Below, one piece after another: positions 33,205-42,600 of a stretch of DNA of 45,130 bases (positions within the stretch are counted from its first letter, which is position 1; every line of letters starts with the position of its first letter). Position numbers and translations under genes: made by a program. Under the pieces are notes generated by a model. The model had not been told where the DNA came from and did no database searches. It worked only from the letters and a program-made list of their open reading frames with translations. Origin of the DNA: Oscillospiraceae bacterium (GTDB lineage Bacteria; Bacillota; Clostridia; Oscillospirales; CAG-272); contig SVTB01000002.1 in NCBI GenBank assembly GCA_015064015.1, positions 1 to 45,130 of the forward strand, read 5' to 3'.

Positions 33205-34715
33205 ATGGCACAAGTAGACATAACCCGTGAGCAACGCAAGCAGGAGGGCTTCAGCAACGAGACCTACATCAAGCTGCAGTCTCAAAAAATCCGAGACAGA
33301 ATTGACACTTTCGGTGGCAAATTGTACATGGAATTTGGCGGCAAACTCTTTGACGATTATCACGCCGCCCGTGTTCTTCCCGGCTTCGCACCGGACGCGA
33401 AGCTCTGTATGCTGCAGGCCTTGGCCGACGAAGCCGAAATCGTCATCGCCATCAACGCCGCAGACATCGAAAACAACAAATATCGCGGTGATCTGGGGAT
33501 TACATATGACCGTGAGGTCATGCGCCTGATTGATTGCTTCCGCCGCGTCGGCCTATACGTCGGCAGTGTTGTCTTGACGCGTTACACGGGTCAGCACGCC
33601 GCTGATTCTTTCAAAAAGACCATGGAAAATCTGGGCGTTAAGGTGTACCGTCACTATCAAATCAACAATTATCCTTCCGATGTGGCCCACATCGTCAGCG
33701 AAGAGGGATTTGGCCGCAACGACTATATCGAAACCTCCCGTTCCTTAGTCGTGGTCACGGCTCCCCGGGTAGCGGCAAAATGGCCACCTGTCTCTCCCAA
33801 CTTTACCACGAGCACAAGCGAGGCGTGGCTGCGGGATACGCCAAATTCGAAACCTTCCCCGTATGGAACCTTTCCTTGAAGCATCCTGTTAATTTGGCTT
33901 ATGAGGCCGCGACGGCTGATTTGGCTGATGTCAATATGATCGACCCCTATCACTTGGAAGCATACGGGCAAATATCGGTCAATTACAACCGCGACATTGA
34001 GATTTTTCGCGTGCTGGAATCCATGATGACCCGTATTTTCGGCAAGTGTCCCTACAAGAGCCCTACGGATATGGGTGTCAACATGGCGGGATACGCCATT
34101 TATGACGATCAAGCTGTCAGCGAGGCTTCCAAACAGGAAATCATCCGCCGCTATTTCAAAACCGCCTGTTCCCGTTGCAAAGGACAAGCCGACCCCGAAG
34201 AAATTCGCAAAATCGAACTTCTCATGGATGAGGCAGGTATTACCCCCGAATGCCGCCCCACCGTTCCGGCCGCCAGACAAGTGGTTCAACGCACCGGCCG
34301 CCCTGCTGTGGCCATCCAGCTTCCCGACGGACACATGGTCACAGGCAAGACCACCGATCTTTTAGGCGCGTCCTCAGCCGCAATTCTCAACGCGCTGAAA
34401 TATCTGGCACAAATTCCCGATGAGATCAAGCTCATTTCTCCTGAGGTCATCGAGCCTATCATGCATCTCAAAACCCATTTGGGAAGCCGCAACCCCCGTA
34501 TGCACACCGATGAGCTGCTCATCGCGCTCTCCATCTGTGCCGTGACCGATGAATACGCCGCCCGCGCCATGGAGGAGCTGGACAAAATACGCGGCAGCGA
34601 AATTCACTCCACCGTCATCCTCGCACACGCCGATGAAAAACTGTTCGGCAAGCTGGGTGCTCGCGTCACCAGCGACCCAGTATTTGAGGAAAAACGCCTG
34701 TACCACGGTGTTTGA
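33205..34715 (+). pseudogene. DUF1846 / UPF0371-family gene interrupted by a frameshift in a C4G3 homopolymer run (33763..33769).
   Basis: ORFs 33112..33879 and 33780..34715 are the N- and C-terminal halves of one protein. Frame 1 reads ..SLVVVTAP, then frame 2 reads GSGKMATCLSQLYHEHKRG... Two nucleotides (C33766, G33767) are left over between the frames. Confidence 0.75.
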
Positions 34716-34784
34716 CAGAAGGGTATCTTCCAATCGTACAAACCAAGGGCTTTCCTATCCGGGAAAGCCCTTTTTCTATGTATA

Positions 34785-35972
34785 TCAAGGTGACCACAGC
34801 TGTGCCAACGCATCCGCCAACGGACGCATAGCTCCCAGCGCTTCTTCGTAAGTATTACCGGCGGCACCAATTTCTACGGTCAGAAGGACAACCTGTGGGC
34901 TTTCGGTCAACACAGCTCCCTGCTTCAGACATACGGGGGCGCTGAGGGTTTGGCTTTTTCGATACAGACCTCGGCGCAAAAGAACCGCCATATCCAAATC
35001 TCTCAGCCCCACGCTTTCGTCACGGTTGGTATCTACGGATATTTTTATTTGAGCGATTGACTCGTCTTGATAGAACCCCTGCGTACGCAAAATATCTCCC
35101 TCGGGCATTTCGGCACTTCGCCGCAAATCCAAAACCATACGGATACGAGGATAGCGGGTCAGCATCTCCGAAATTTTTTGTTGTGAAATTTCATACGTAT
35201 CCAAGTGAGATGTGCCGGCATCCTCTGCGATGGTCAAATGATACACTTCTCTACCACGCAGGCGAAAAAGTGCCGTCAAGTGCTCTCCAAGAGTGACCAC
35301 GCCTCGCTCGGGATATCCCCCGTCCTCGGGAATCTCTACCGCAAATCCATGCAATCCCTCCGTTGCGATATCTCCTCCATCTCCGTATGTTTCATACGGA
35401 TGGCTATGTAGAATCAGCACCGCCGCCTCCCTCGGGAGAAGAGGAATCTCCTTTTGGGGCGCCTCCTTGACCTCTCCCGATAAGCCTAATATACAGTCCT
35501 CTCCCAGCCACCATTGGCTGATATCTTTGGATACCACGAAACTCCCCTGCGGTCTTTCGAGGGGGGGGAGTGTATCCAACTCCTGCGGAGGGGACGGCGG
35601 AGCAGTCGTGGAATCGGTTGTCCCCACAGAGGTCGGCATTTCTAACGGCAACTCATTGTTAAAAGGGTAGTTCCCGGTCGGAGGCAAGCGGTGCGACAAT
35701 ATTCCCAGCATGATTTGATGCTGTATCTCCCCCTTGGAAAGGCCTTCGCCCAGCACGATCATTCGGCCGAGCAGAGATCCTACTGCCAGAAAAAACCCCA
35801 AAAGCAATACTCCCCACACCACCCAAAGGCACGTCAATTTCTCTCTTGGCAATGAAGTCTCCCCCGCTTCCTGCACTTTAAAATTGATGCAGGATTCTTT
35901 TCGTTCATCCGCAGGCGCATATTCTGCGATTTGTGTTTCCTCCGGAATTTGCGACAGCCATTGTTTTTTCAT
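34785..35972 (-). CDS. spoIIP: Stage II sporulation protein P (SpoIIP-like amidase).
   Basis: N-terminal TM helix, LILHSHPYETY and DLRRS motifs, and a position directly downstream of gpr as in Bacillus. The MKKQW start at 35972 follows AGAGGGGG. Confidence 0.75.
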   Translation of the reverse strand: MKKQWLSQIPEETQIAEYAPADERKESCINFKVQEAGETSLPREKLTCLWVVWGVLLLGFFLAVGSLLGRMIVLGEGLSKGEIQHQIMLGILSHRLPPTGNYPFNNELPLEMPTSVGTTDSTTAPPSPPQELDTLPPLERPQGSFVVSKDISQWWLGEDCILGLSGEVKEAPQKEIPLLPREAAVLILHSHPYETYGDGGDIATEGLHGFAVEIPEDGGYPERGVVTLGEHLTALFRLRGREVYHLTIAEDAGTSHLDTYEISQQKISEMLTRYPRIRMVLDLRRSAEMPEGDILRTQGFYQDESIAQIKISVDTNRDESVGLRDLDMAVLLRRGLYRKSQTLSAPVCLKQGAVLTESPQVVLLTVEIGAAGNTYEEALGAMRPLADALAQLWSP

Positions 35973-36032
35973 GCGAGCCCCCTCTTTATACATTATTATA
36001 AAGAGCTTATGCGGGTCTTGAGCATTTCATGC

Positions 36033-36926
36033 TCACAGCATTCCCACGCCGAAAGCATAATTGATAGCGCCTGCCAACAGACGACAAGAGATCTCCGTAA
36101 TACTGTCCCCATCCTTTGGAGATACCACAAAGCTCCTTCCCTGCTCCAACACCGCTTCCAAAGCCGGCGAAAGCTTCTCTGCCATTCCTGCATTCGAGAG
36201 CGCATCATACACCAAAGTAGCGGAATCCACCACGGTAGGAATCCCAATGCCTATGACAGGGCATCCCATGCTCTCATGATCCAAAGCGAGACGGTTATTT
36301 CCAATGCCCGCGCCCGGAGAAATACCTCCGTCCGAAAGCTGAACCGTGGTGGCTAAGCGGTCGCAACTCCGTGCCGCCAGCGCATCCACCGCCAACACCA
36401 AATGGGGCTTGACATACTCCGCCGCACCTTGCACCAACGTCACAGATTCGATACCTGTTTGTCCCAACACACCCGGCATAACGGCCGACAGCTCACAGCA
36501 CCCCAATGAACCGTACAGTGCGCGGTCTTGGCTTTTCATGTGGCGCGTCGCGGTCAATCTCCGCACGGTTCCCGGGCCTATGGCATCAGGGGTCATATCT
36601 GCGTTGCCCAGACCCGCCACCAAAATTCGGGTGTTCTCGCGAGGTTGATATCCCAGCATCTCCGCAGCCAGCTTGCGCATCTCATCTCCCAAAATTCGAC
36701 ACAGCGCCGAAAGCGCCGCCTCCCCCAACAAGGTGACACGCCCGCAAGAGAGCGTGATATAGCGTCTGCCGTCATGCTCTCGACATCGAAGAATCGTAAC
36801 ATCTTCATACCCATCGGCCAAGAACACCCGCTCCTCATGGCGGTGTGTTTCCGGACGGCCCGCCTCGCACGCAAGATCAGTTCTGGTATAAGCGTAATCC
36901 ACATATACGGCATCATTTTTGTTCAT
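36033..36926 (-). CDS. gpr: Germination protease (GPR endopeptidase).
   Basis: RTDLACEA at the N-terminus, GLGNADMTPDAIGP, and IGIGIPTVVD. The MNKND start at 36926 follows GAAGGGAG. Confidence 0.85.
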   Translation of the reverse strand: MNKNDAVYVDYAYTRTDLACEAGRPETHRHEERVFLADGYEDVTILRCREHDGRRYITLSCGRVTLLGEAALSALCRILGDEMRKLAAEMLGYQPRENTRILVAGLGNADMTPDAIGPGTVRRLTATRHMKSQDRALYGSLGCCELSAVMPGVLGQTGIESVTLVQGAAEYVKPHLVLAVDALAARSCDRLATTVQLSDGGISPGAGIGNNRLALDHESMGCPVIGIGIPTVVDSATLVYDALSNAGMAEKLSPALEAVLEQGRSFVVSPKDGDSITEISCRLLAGAINYAFGVGML

Positions 36927-37009
36927 TATAGCTCCCTTCAACGGTGTTTTTTTATCAAAATTCCCCTTCTTTTGTGCGGCACACACCTGCTTTTATATTT
37001 CCCCGTTTC

Positions 37010-37039
37010 TATTTTTCCGCTACAAAGCGTTTCTTATGC
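37010..37039 (-). promoter_or_regulatory. Possible forespore (sigma-F/sigma-G type) promoter upstream of gpr.
   Basis: On the minus strand: GCATA (37039..37035), 16 nt, GGAAAAATA (37018..37010). This resembles GCATR..GGnRAnAHTR. The spacing relative to consensus is uncertain. Confidence 0.35.
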
Positions 37040-37143
37040 AAAAAATATATTCTTCTCCCCGCCAAACCGTATGCAAAATGCACAGTTTTTAGGCGTCAAA
37101 GTTGTGCAACCGTCCGAAACTAAAAAACATATGAATTATCTTA

Positions 37144-37172
37144 TTGATAAAAAAAGGATTGTATGATATAAT
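37144..37172 (+). promoter_or_regulatory. Sigma-A promoter with extended -10 (TTGATA-17-TGaTATAAT).
   Basis: TTGATA at 37144..37149, TG at 37164..37165, TATAAT at 37167..37172. Confidence 0.65.
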
Positions 37173-37250
37173 AAGTAGGAGATAACTACATAGGATGGGT
37201 CATTGTCCGTAAGTGTCCCGTTCAAATACTCGAGGAGGTTTGATCACACC

Positions 37251-39500
37251 ATGATGAAGCGTATTTTAGCTGTGCTTCTTTGCGTCGCCACCCTGCTGAC
37301 AACCTTTGTTTCCTGCGCCAAGGAAGACGAGGAATATAAGGGTCAGTACATCACCGCATACATCACCGACAATGTATACGATTTTGACCCTGTCAAGGCT
37401 TACAAGAACGAGTCCTTGGCCAAGATTGTCAGCCTGATGTTCGACACACTCTTTGTGCTGGACAGCAACGGCAAGGTCAAGAAGTCTCTTGTCAAGGATT
37501 ACTGGACAGAAGAAAATGAAAGTGCGGGCGAGTACAAAATGTATCTGCGCCTCAACAATACCAACTGGTCCGACGGCACCGCCGTTTCCGCCAACGACAT
37601 CGTTTTCGCTTGGAAGCGTCTGCTGGAGGTTGATGCCGACCAGGAGGCCGCATCCCTGCTGTTTGATATCAAAAACGCCCGTGCCGCCAAGGAAGGCGAT
37701 GCCTCCATCGACGACGTGGCCATTTACCCCTCCGAAACTCAGCTTTTGGAAATCCAATTCGAAGGCAAGATCAACTATGATCAGTTCCTCTTGAACCTCA
37801 CCAGCTTGGCATTGGCTCCTCTGCGTGATGATATCGTTTCCAAGAGTGAAGACTGGGCCAAAAAGCCCGGTACCATGGTTTGCAGCGGCCCCTTCAAGCT
37901 GGGCCGTATCAACTGGAAGCTTATGGGTTCCAAGTCCGAAGATCCCACCGCCGTGTCCACCGACAAAGACGGTAATTTGATCTACGACGAAGACGGTATC
38001 CTTGTGACCGGCGGCGAGTTCAGCAATCAGCAGGTCACCGACTTCATTTTGGAGCGTAATGTATATTACTATCGTGAGAACAATCCCGAAGTCAGCATCT
38101 TCAAGTCTGTTAAACCCTATCGAATCTGCGTAGACTGCTCCCTCACCGACGAGCAGCTGGTCGCTGCTTACGAGGCCGGTATGCTGATGTACGTCAGCGA
38201 TATTCCCCTGAGCATCCGTAACCAGAGCAACGCCCTGACCGACAACGCTACCGTGGCATCCACCTCCATGTCCACCAACGCCATCTACTTCAACCAGAAC
38301 GCTATGATCGCCGACGGCTCCGAGACCGGTTCTGCCCTCTTTGCAATTCCTGAAGTCAGACAGGCTCTGTCCATGGCCATTGATCGTCAGGATTTGGTCA
38401 ATACGGTCAAGTACGCCGAAGTAGCTACCGGTTATGTTCCTACCGGCGTATTCAATACCAACAATAAGAAAAACACCTTTAGAGCTTCCGCAGGAAGCAC
38501 CTCCGAGTACCTCACTACCAACATTGACAATGCAAAGAGCCTGCTTTCCGGCGCCGGTGTGACTGCTTCCAACTACACCTTCACCCTGAAGTACGCTGCT
38601 TACGATGAGGTTCACGAGGCCATCGCAAAGGCTATTGCTGAGTCTTGGAAGGCTCTGGGCTTCAATGTCGAAGCCGTGGCTCGCCACACTATTGAGAACA
38701 ATGACTTCTACAAGTACACCAAGGAAACCCCCAAGGATATCTGCGATGACTTGTACGCACAGGATCTGCAGACCGGTAACTTTGAGGCCATTCTGTTCGA
38801 TAACGTAGCTTACTCCGCTGATGCTTACTCGGTACTCGCCTCCTTCGCTCTGGCATTCTCCGGCAAGGCAATGGATATGTCCAATACCGACAACTATCAG
38901 TTGACCCCCCATATCACCGGTTACAATTCCACCAAGTACAACGAGATTATGGAAGCAGTTCACTTCCTGCAGTACTACAACAAGTTCAACTCTCCCAACG
39001 GCGTGCTTGCCACCACCTACTTCAACCAGAACGAGAGCACCGAGGCCAACGCCGCCGCCGAGAAGGCCATGTATGACACCATCAAGGCAATCTATGAGGA
39101 ATATGGTATTTCCACCGACTCCAAAAACTATCTGGAATCCAGAGCCAAGCTCCTCCACGCCGCAGAAGATATCTTGATGAAGGATCTTCCCGTAGTTCCC
39201 GTGCTCTTCAATTTGGATGCTACCGTTACCGCTGACAGCCTGAAGGGTCTGAGCAGCACCTACTATATGCCCGCCAACTTCAAGAATGCGGAGATCAAGA
39301 AGTACGAAGATTACCTCGCAAGTGGTAAGGCATACATCAACGAGAACTTCTCTTCCATGAAGTTTACCGAGGCTAAGGAATGCCAGTATACTGATTTCGA
39401 GCTCTTCAAGACCGCCAACACCATCTATGCCCAGTTCTATCTGGACGAGAAGGAAGCCATCACCCTGCCTCCCAAGGAGACTGCGGCTGAAGCGAAGTAA
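37251..39500 (+). CDS. Family-5 (OppA/DppA-like) peptide/oligosaccharide-binding lipoprotein, 749 aa, orphan.
   Basis: Lipobox FVSC. YDFDPVKAY, SLMFDTLFVLDSNGKVKKSLVKDY and NWSDGTAVSANDIVFAW are typical SBP_bac_5 N-terminal motifs. No permease genes nearby. Confidence 0.75.
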   Translation: MMKRILAVLLCVATLLTTFVSCAKEDEEYKGQYITAYITDNVYDFDPVKAYKNESLAKIVSLMFDTLFVLDSNGKVKKSLVKDYWTEENESAGEYKMYLRLNNTNWSDGTAVSANDIVFAWKRLLEVDADQEAASLLFDIKNARAAKEGDASIDDVAIYPSETQLLEIQFEGKINYDQFLLNLTSLALAPLRDDIVSKSEDWAKKPGTMVCSGPFKLGRINWKLMGSKSEDPTAVSTDKDGNLIYDEDGILVTGGEFSNQQVTDFILERNVYYYRENNPEVSIFKSVKPYRICVDCSLTDEQLVAAYEAGMLMYVSDIPLSIRNQSNALTDNATVASTSMSTNAIYFNQNAMIADGSETGSALFAIPEVRQALSMAIDRQDLVNTVKYAEVATGYVPTGVFNTNNKKNTFRASAGSTSEYLTTNIDNAKSLLSGAGVTASNYTFTLKYAAYDEVHEAIAKAIAESWKALGFNVEAVARHTIENNDFYKYTKETPKDICDDLYAQDLQTGNFEAILFDNVAYSADAYSVLASFALAFSGKAMDMSNTDNYQLTPHITGYNSTKYNEIMEAVHFLQYYNKFNSPNGVLATTYFNQNESTEANAAAEKAMYDTIKAIYEEYGISTDSKNYLESRAKLLHAAEDILMKDLPVVPVLFNLDATVTADSLKGLSSTYYMPANFKNAEIKKYEDYLASGKAYINENFSSMKFTEAKECQYTDFELFKTANTIYAQFYLDEKEAITLPPKETAAEAK

Positions 39501-39514
39501 AAAAATCAACCCAA

Positions 39515-39546
39515 ATCCCCGATGCGACTGCATCGGGGATTTTTTA
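39515..39546 (+). terminator. Intrinsic terminator of the OppA-like gene.
   Basis: ATCCCCGATGC-GACT-GCATCGGGGAT followed by TTTTT. Confidence 0.85.
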
Positions 39547-39563
39547 CTTATCATTGACGCATA

Positions 39564-39598
39564 TTAAAACCGAGCCCCTCACTCATGTGAGGGGCTCG
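39564..39598 (-). terminator. Hairpin terminator of the CotH-RCC1 gene.
   Basis: CGAGCCCCTCAC (39571..39582) pairs with GTGAGGGGCTCG (39587..39598). On the minus strand it is followed by GTTTTAA. Confidence 0.6.
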
Positions 39599-39648
39599 AG
39601 CGTTTAAGCAGGATTGTGGTTCAGGAGCATTTTGCCCCTGCATGGCGT

Positions 39649-42600
39649 TTATACGTCAGCCTCGGTGAAATCCACATGACCGCCGATTTTGCCTGTACCG
39701 CTTTGTCCGTAGGTGTTATCACCTAACACGCGAATGGATCCGTCATCGCAGAAGTAAGCAGTAAAGCTGTAGCCTGCGGCAACATCCACTACACCGGAGT
39801 AGATCTTTTTGCACGTACCGCCCGTAACAGGAGAACCGATGCCGCCGTCCTGGTTAAGGCCGTATACATAAGCATCGCCGTTTTCGGAGAGAATCACCAT
39901 GTTAGAGAAGTAGATATCTGCCTTTTCAACACCGCTCATCACCTTACGGAGGGTGGGATTATTGCCGCCGCCCTGGTTAAAACTATTGAAATCACGCCAG
40001 CCGGCATAGTAAAGATCGCCTTTTTCGGTGACAGCCAACATTTGATGCTCACCGGAATCAATATAGACCACGTTCTCAAGCAACAGAACGGGGGTAGTAA
40101 TGATATCGCCGTGGTTCTGAGAAAGCTTCTTCCAGCGGTTGTCGCCAAGGCCGTAGAGCTTATCGTTGTCATCCACAAAGACAGTGGAACGGCGTCCTGC
40201 GGAGATCATAGATACGTTTTCGGCAATCTTCTGGAAGGTTTGAGTGGTACCGCCTTGGTTTTTGGAACCCATTTGGCCATTGGAGTTGGAGCCGATACCC
40301 CACATAACGCCCTTATCGTCAATGATCAGCATATGGTCATATCCTACGCTAACATCCACGATCTTTCCGTTGAAAGGAACAAGATCAAGTCTTGCATCAT
40401 CGGTTTTTCCATTACGACCCAACTGACCGCAGGAATTGGAACCAACCGTATAAAGCTTCCCGTCCTTGGTAAGGATGGCGGTCATCAAAACCGAGTCTCC
40501 GTTTTCGATCGCCGCGCCTTGGGTCGTAGACACCTTAGCCACATTGTTCATTACAAAGGTGGGTGTTGTCACAGCGTTGCTGCTACTGTTCAGCGCAAGG
40601 ATACCGTTTCGGTTATCACCCCAAGCATACAGCTCTCCGGCGCCTGTCAAGTAGAACATATAGTTAGAACCCGAGATCAGCTGACCGTTGGTATCAGCAG
40701 GGCCGGCTTTATCGCGCTTAGCAAAGACGGAAATGACACCGGAAGTTGTGACCTTGAAGGTAGCCGAGGTTTTTTGATCCTCTCTTTGTGTGGCACCACT
40801 GTTGGCCGTCCAAACGATACCATTGAGGGCATAGCCTGCTTTGACAGTCACACTCACTTCAAACTCGCGTTCCGTATCCTCAAATCGGAACTGGGTACCG
40901 TTGGGCACGGACTGACCGTTGACATAAACATCCACGCGATCGGGATTATATGAAATGGTAACACGGCGGAAGGACATATTTTCCATCTCTTCTGCAGAAG
41001 TGCCAAAGAAACTATAGAAGAAGGAAAGCGCATATTGGGCACGGTTGGAAATAAAGCTGCGGATACTGCTGACAGCGGCATTCCAAGTGCTGAGAGAGTA
41101 GCCCCAACGCTTTACCTGCAAAGGCATAAGGGGATTACGTTCGGTTACCAATGCCTCAAATTCAGCCGACATATACTCCGATGTCAAATAGTCGTTGACA
41201 ATCTCGTAGTAACGGAGCATGAACTTCTCTTTGAAATCGATATTTTTCAAAAGATCACGCATCATCTGCCCACAAACAGAGCCGCTATTGCTGATAAACC
41301 AGAAGAAGTTAGCACCCTCAGTCGTGTTCGCACCGTCATTTTGGGGGAAGAAGGAGAGACCCATGTCCATATCCAAAAGGGTGAAGTGCCACTTGGTATC
41401 AAAGCCTGAGGGATCATCGGGGTTACGGTTGCGCCAGACCTTCATATTATTCTCGGGCCAGTCGCGGGCGTTAAAGAACAAACGAACGACCCACATATCA
41501 ATGAAGGAGTCAATGTCCATCTGACTGCACACATAGGCGTAGGCCTCGGGATCTGCCAGGTTGTGGCTTCTCATGTAGGCGGTCATGGCGTTAAAGGAAT
41601 CAGCATCGCCTTCAATTCCTGCAGACACCACGTAATTCGCCATATGGTCGGAATGTACCTTGGAGTAGTCACTCTCAATGACAGCCACGTTTTCTTTATC
41701 CACACCGTAGTGGCTTTCCACATATTCAGGAGAATAACGCTCACGGATATTGTAAACACCCCAAAATTCTCCATTGATGAACACCAAGGTGGAGGCGGAT
41801 TCCATGTAATCCACGTTGGTATCCGCACAGACTCTTTGCATATAGGCATCTCGAATGAAGGAATTGCCATAATCGTTACCGGAATTACGGAGCAAGAGAC
41901 GGTCGAAGGTGGTAATAGCCTGTCCCAAATGATCTTTGGCTCGACCGTCAAAGAGGTCGTAGTCTAAGTTCCCTTCTCTGCCGCCGTCTTCATTCAAATG
42001 ACCCTTGTAGTAGATCCGAAAAGACTTCATGGGAAGTCCCGAAGAACCGTTACCGCTAACGGCTAACTCTACGGTAGAGTTACCCACGCGGTCACCGTCG
42101 GTATCGAAAACCTCCATGATGGCCGTACCTCTGCGGCGACCGCCCGTGATATTATGGGGATCCAGCAGATAATTGTTATAAAAACCTTCTCCTCCGAAGA
42201 TCTCATCCACGGGCATGGAGATAGACATAACGGTCACGCCGTAGTCGCACAATTCGGGGATAACAAAATAAGTATTCGTATAGACAGGGGTAGATTCCGT
42301 ACCGTTGGTTGCATAAGCCTTGATAACGTAACCACCGGGGAGCGTAGAAGAGGCGGGGGAGCCGATATATTTGTTGCCTGCCTTGATGGTAGGGCCCCAT
42401 GCCATGTTGGAAGAATCCTTTAGCTGAATAGCTCCCGTATACTGCTTGCCGTTGACGGTAGGATCACTGCCGTCAGTAGTATAATAGATGCGATAGCCGC
42501 TTTGGGCCTTGAGGCTCAAAGCAAACGCCTTGTCATACACACCGGCGGGCTGAGAGAAGGTAACCTCGTTGATACGGGGAGAGATGACGGGATTGACACG

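Noticed and set aside
37266-39554. 762-aa minus-strand ORF.
   Set aside because: It is antisense to the OppA-like gene and extends through that gene's terminator. This is a shadow ORF.
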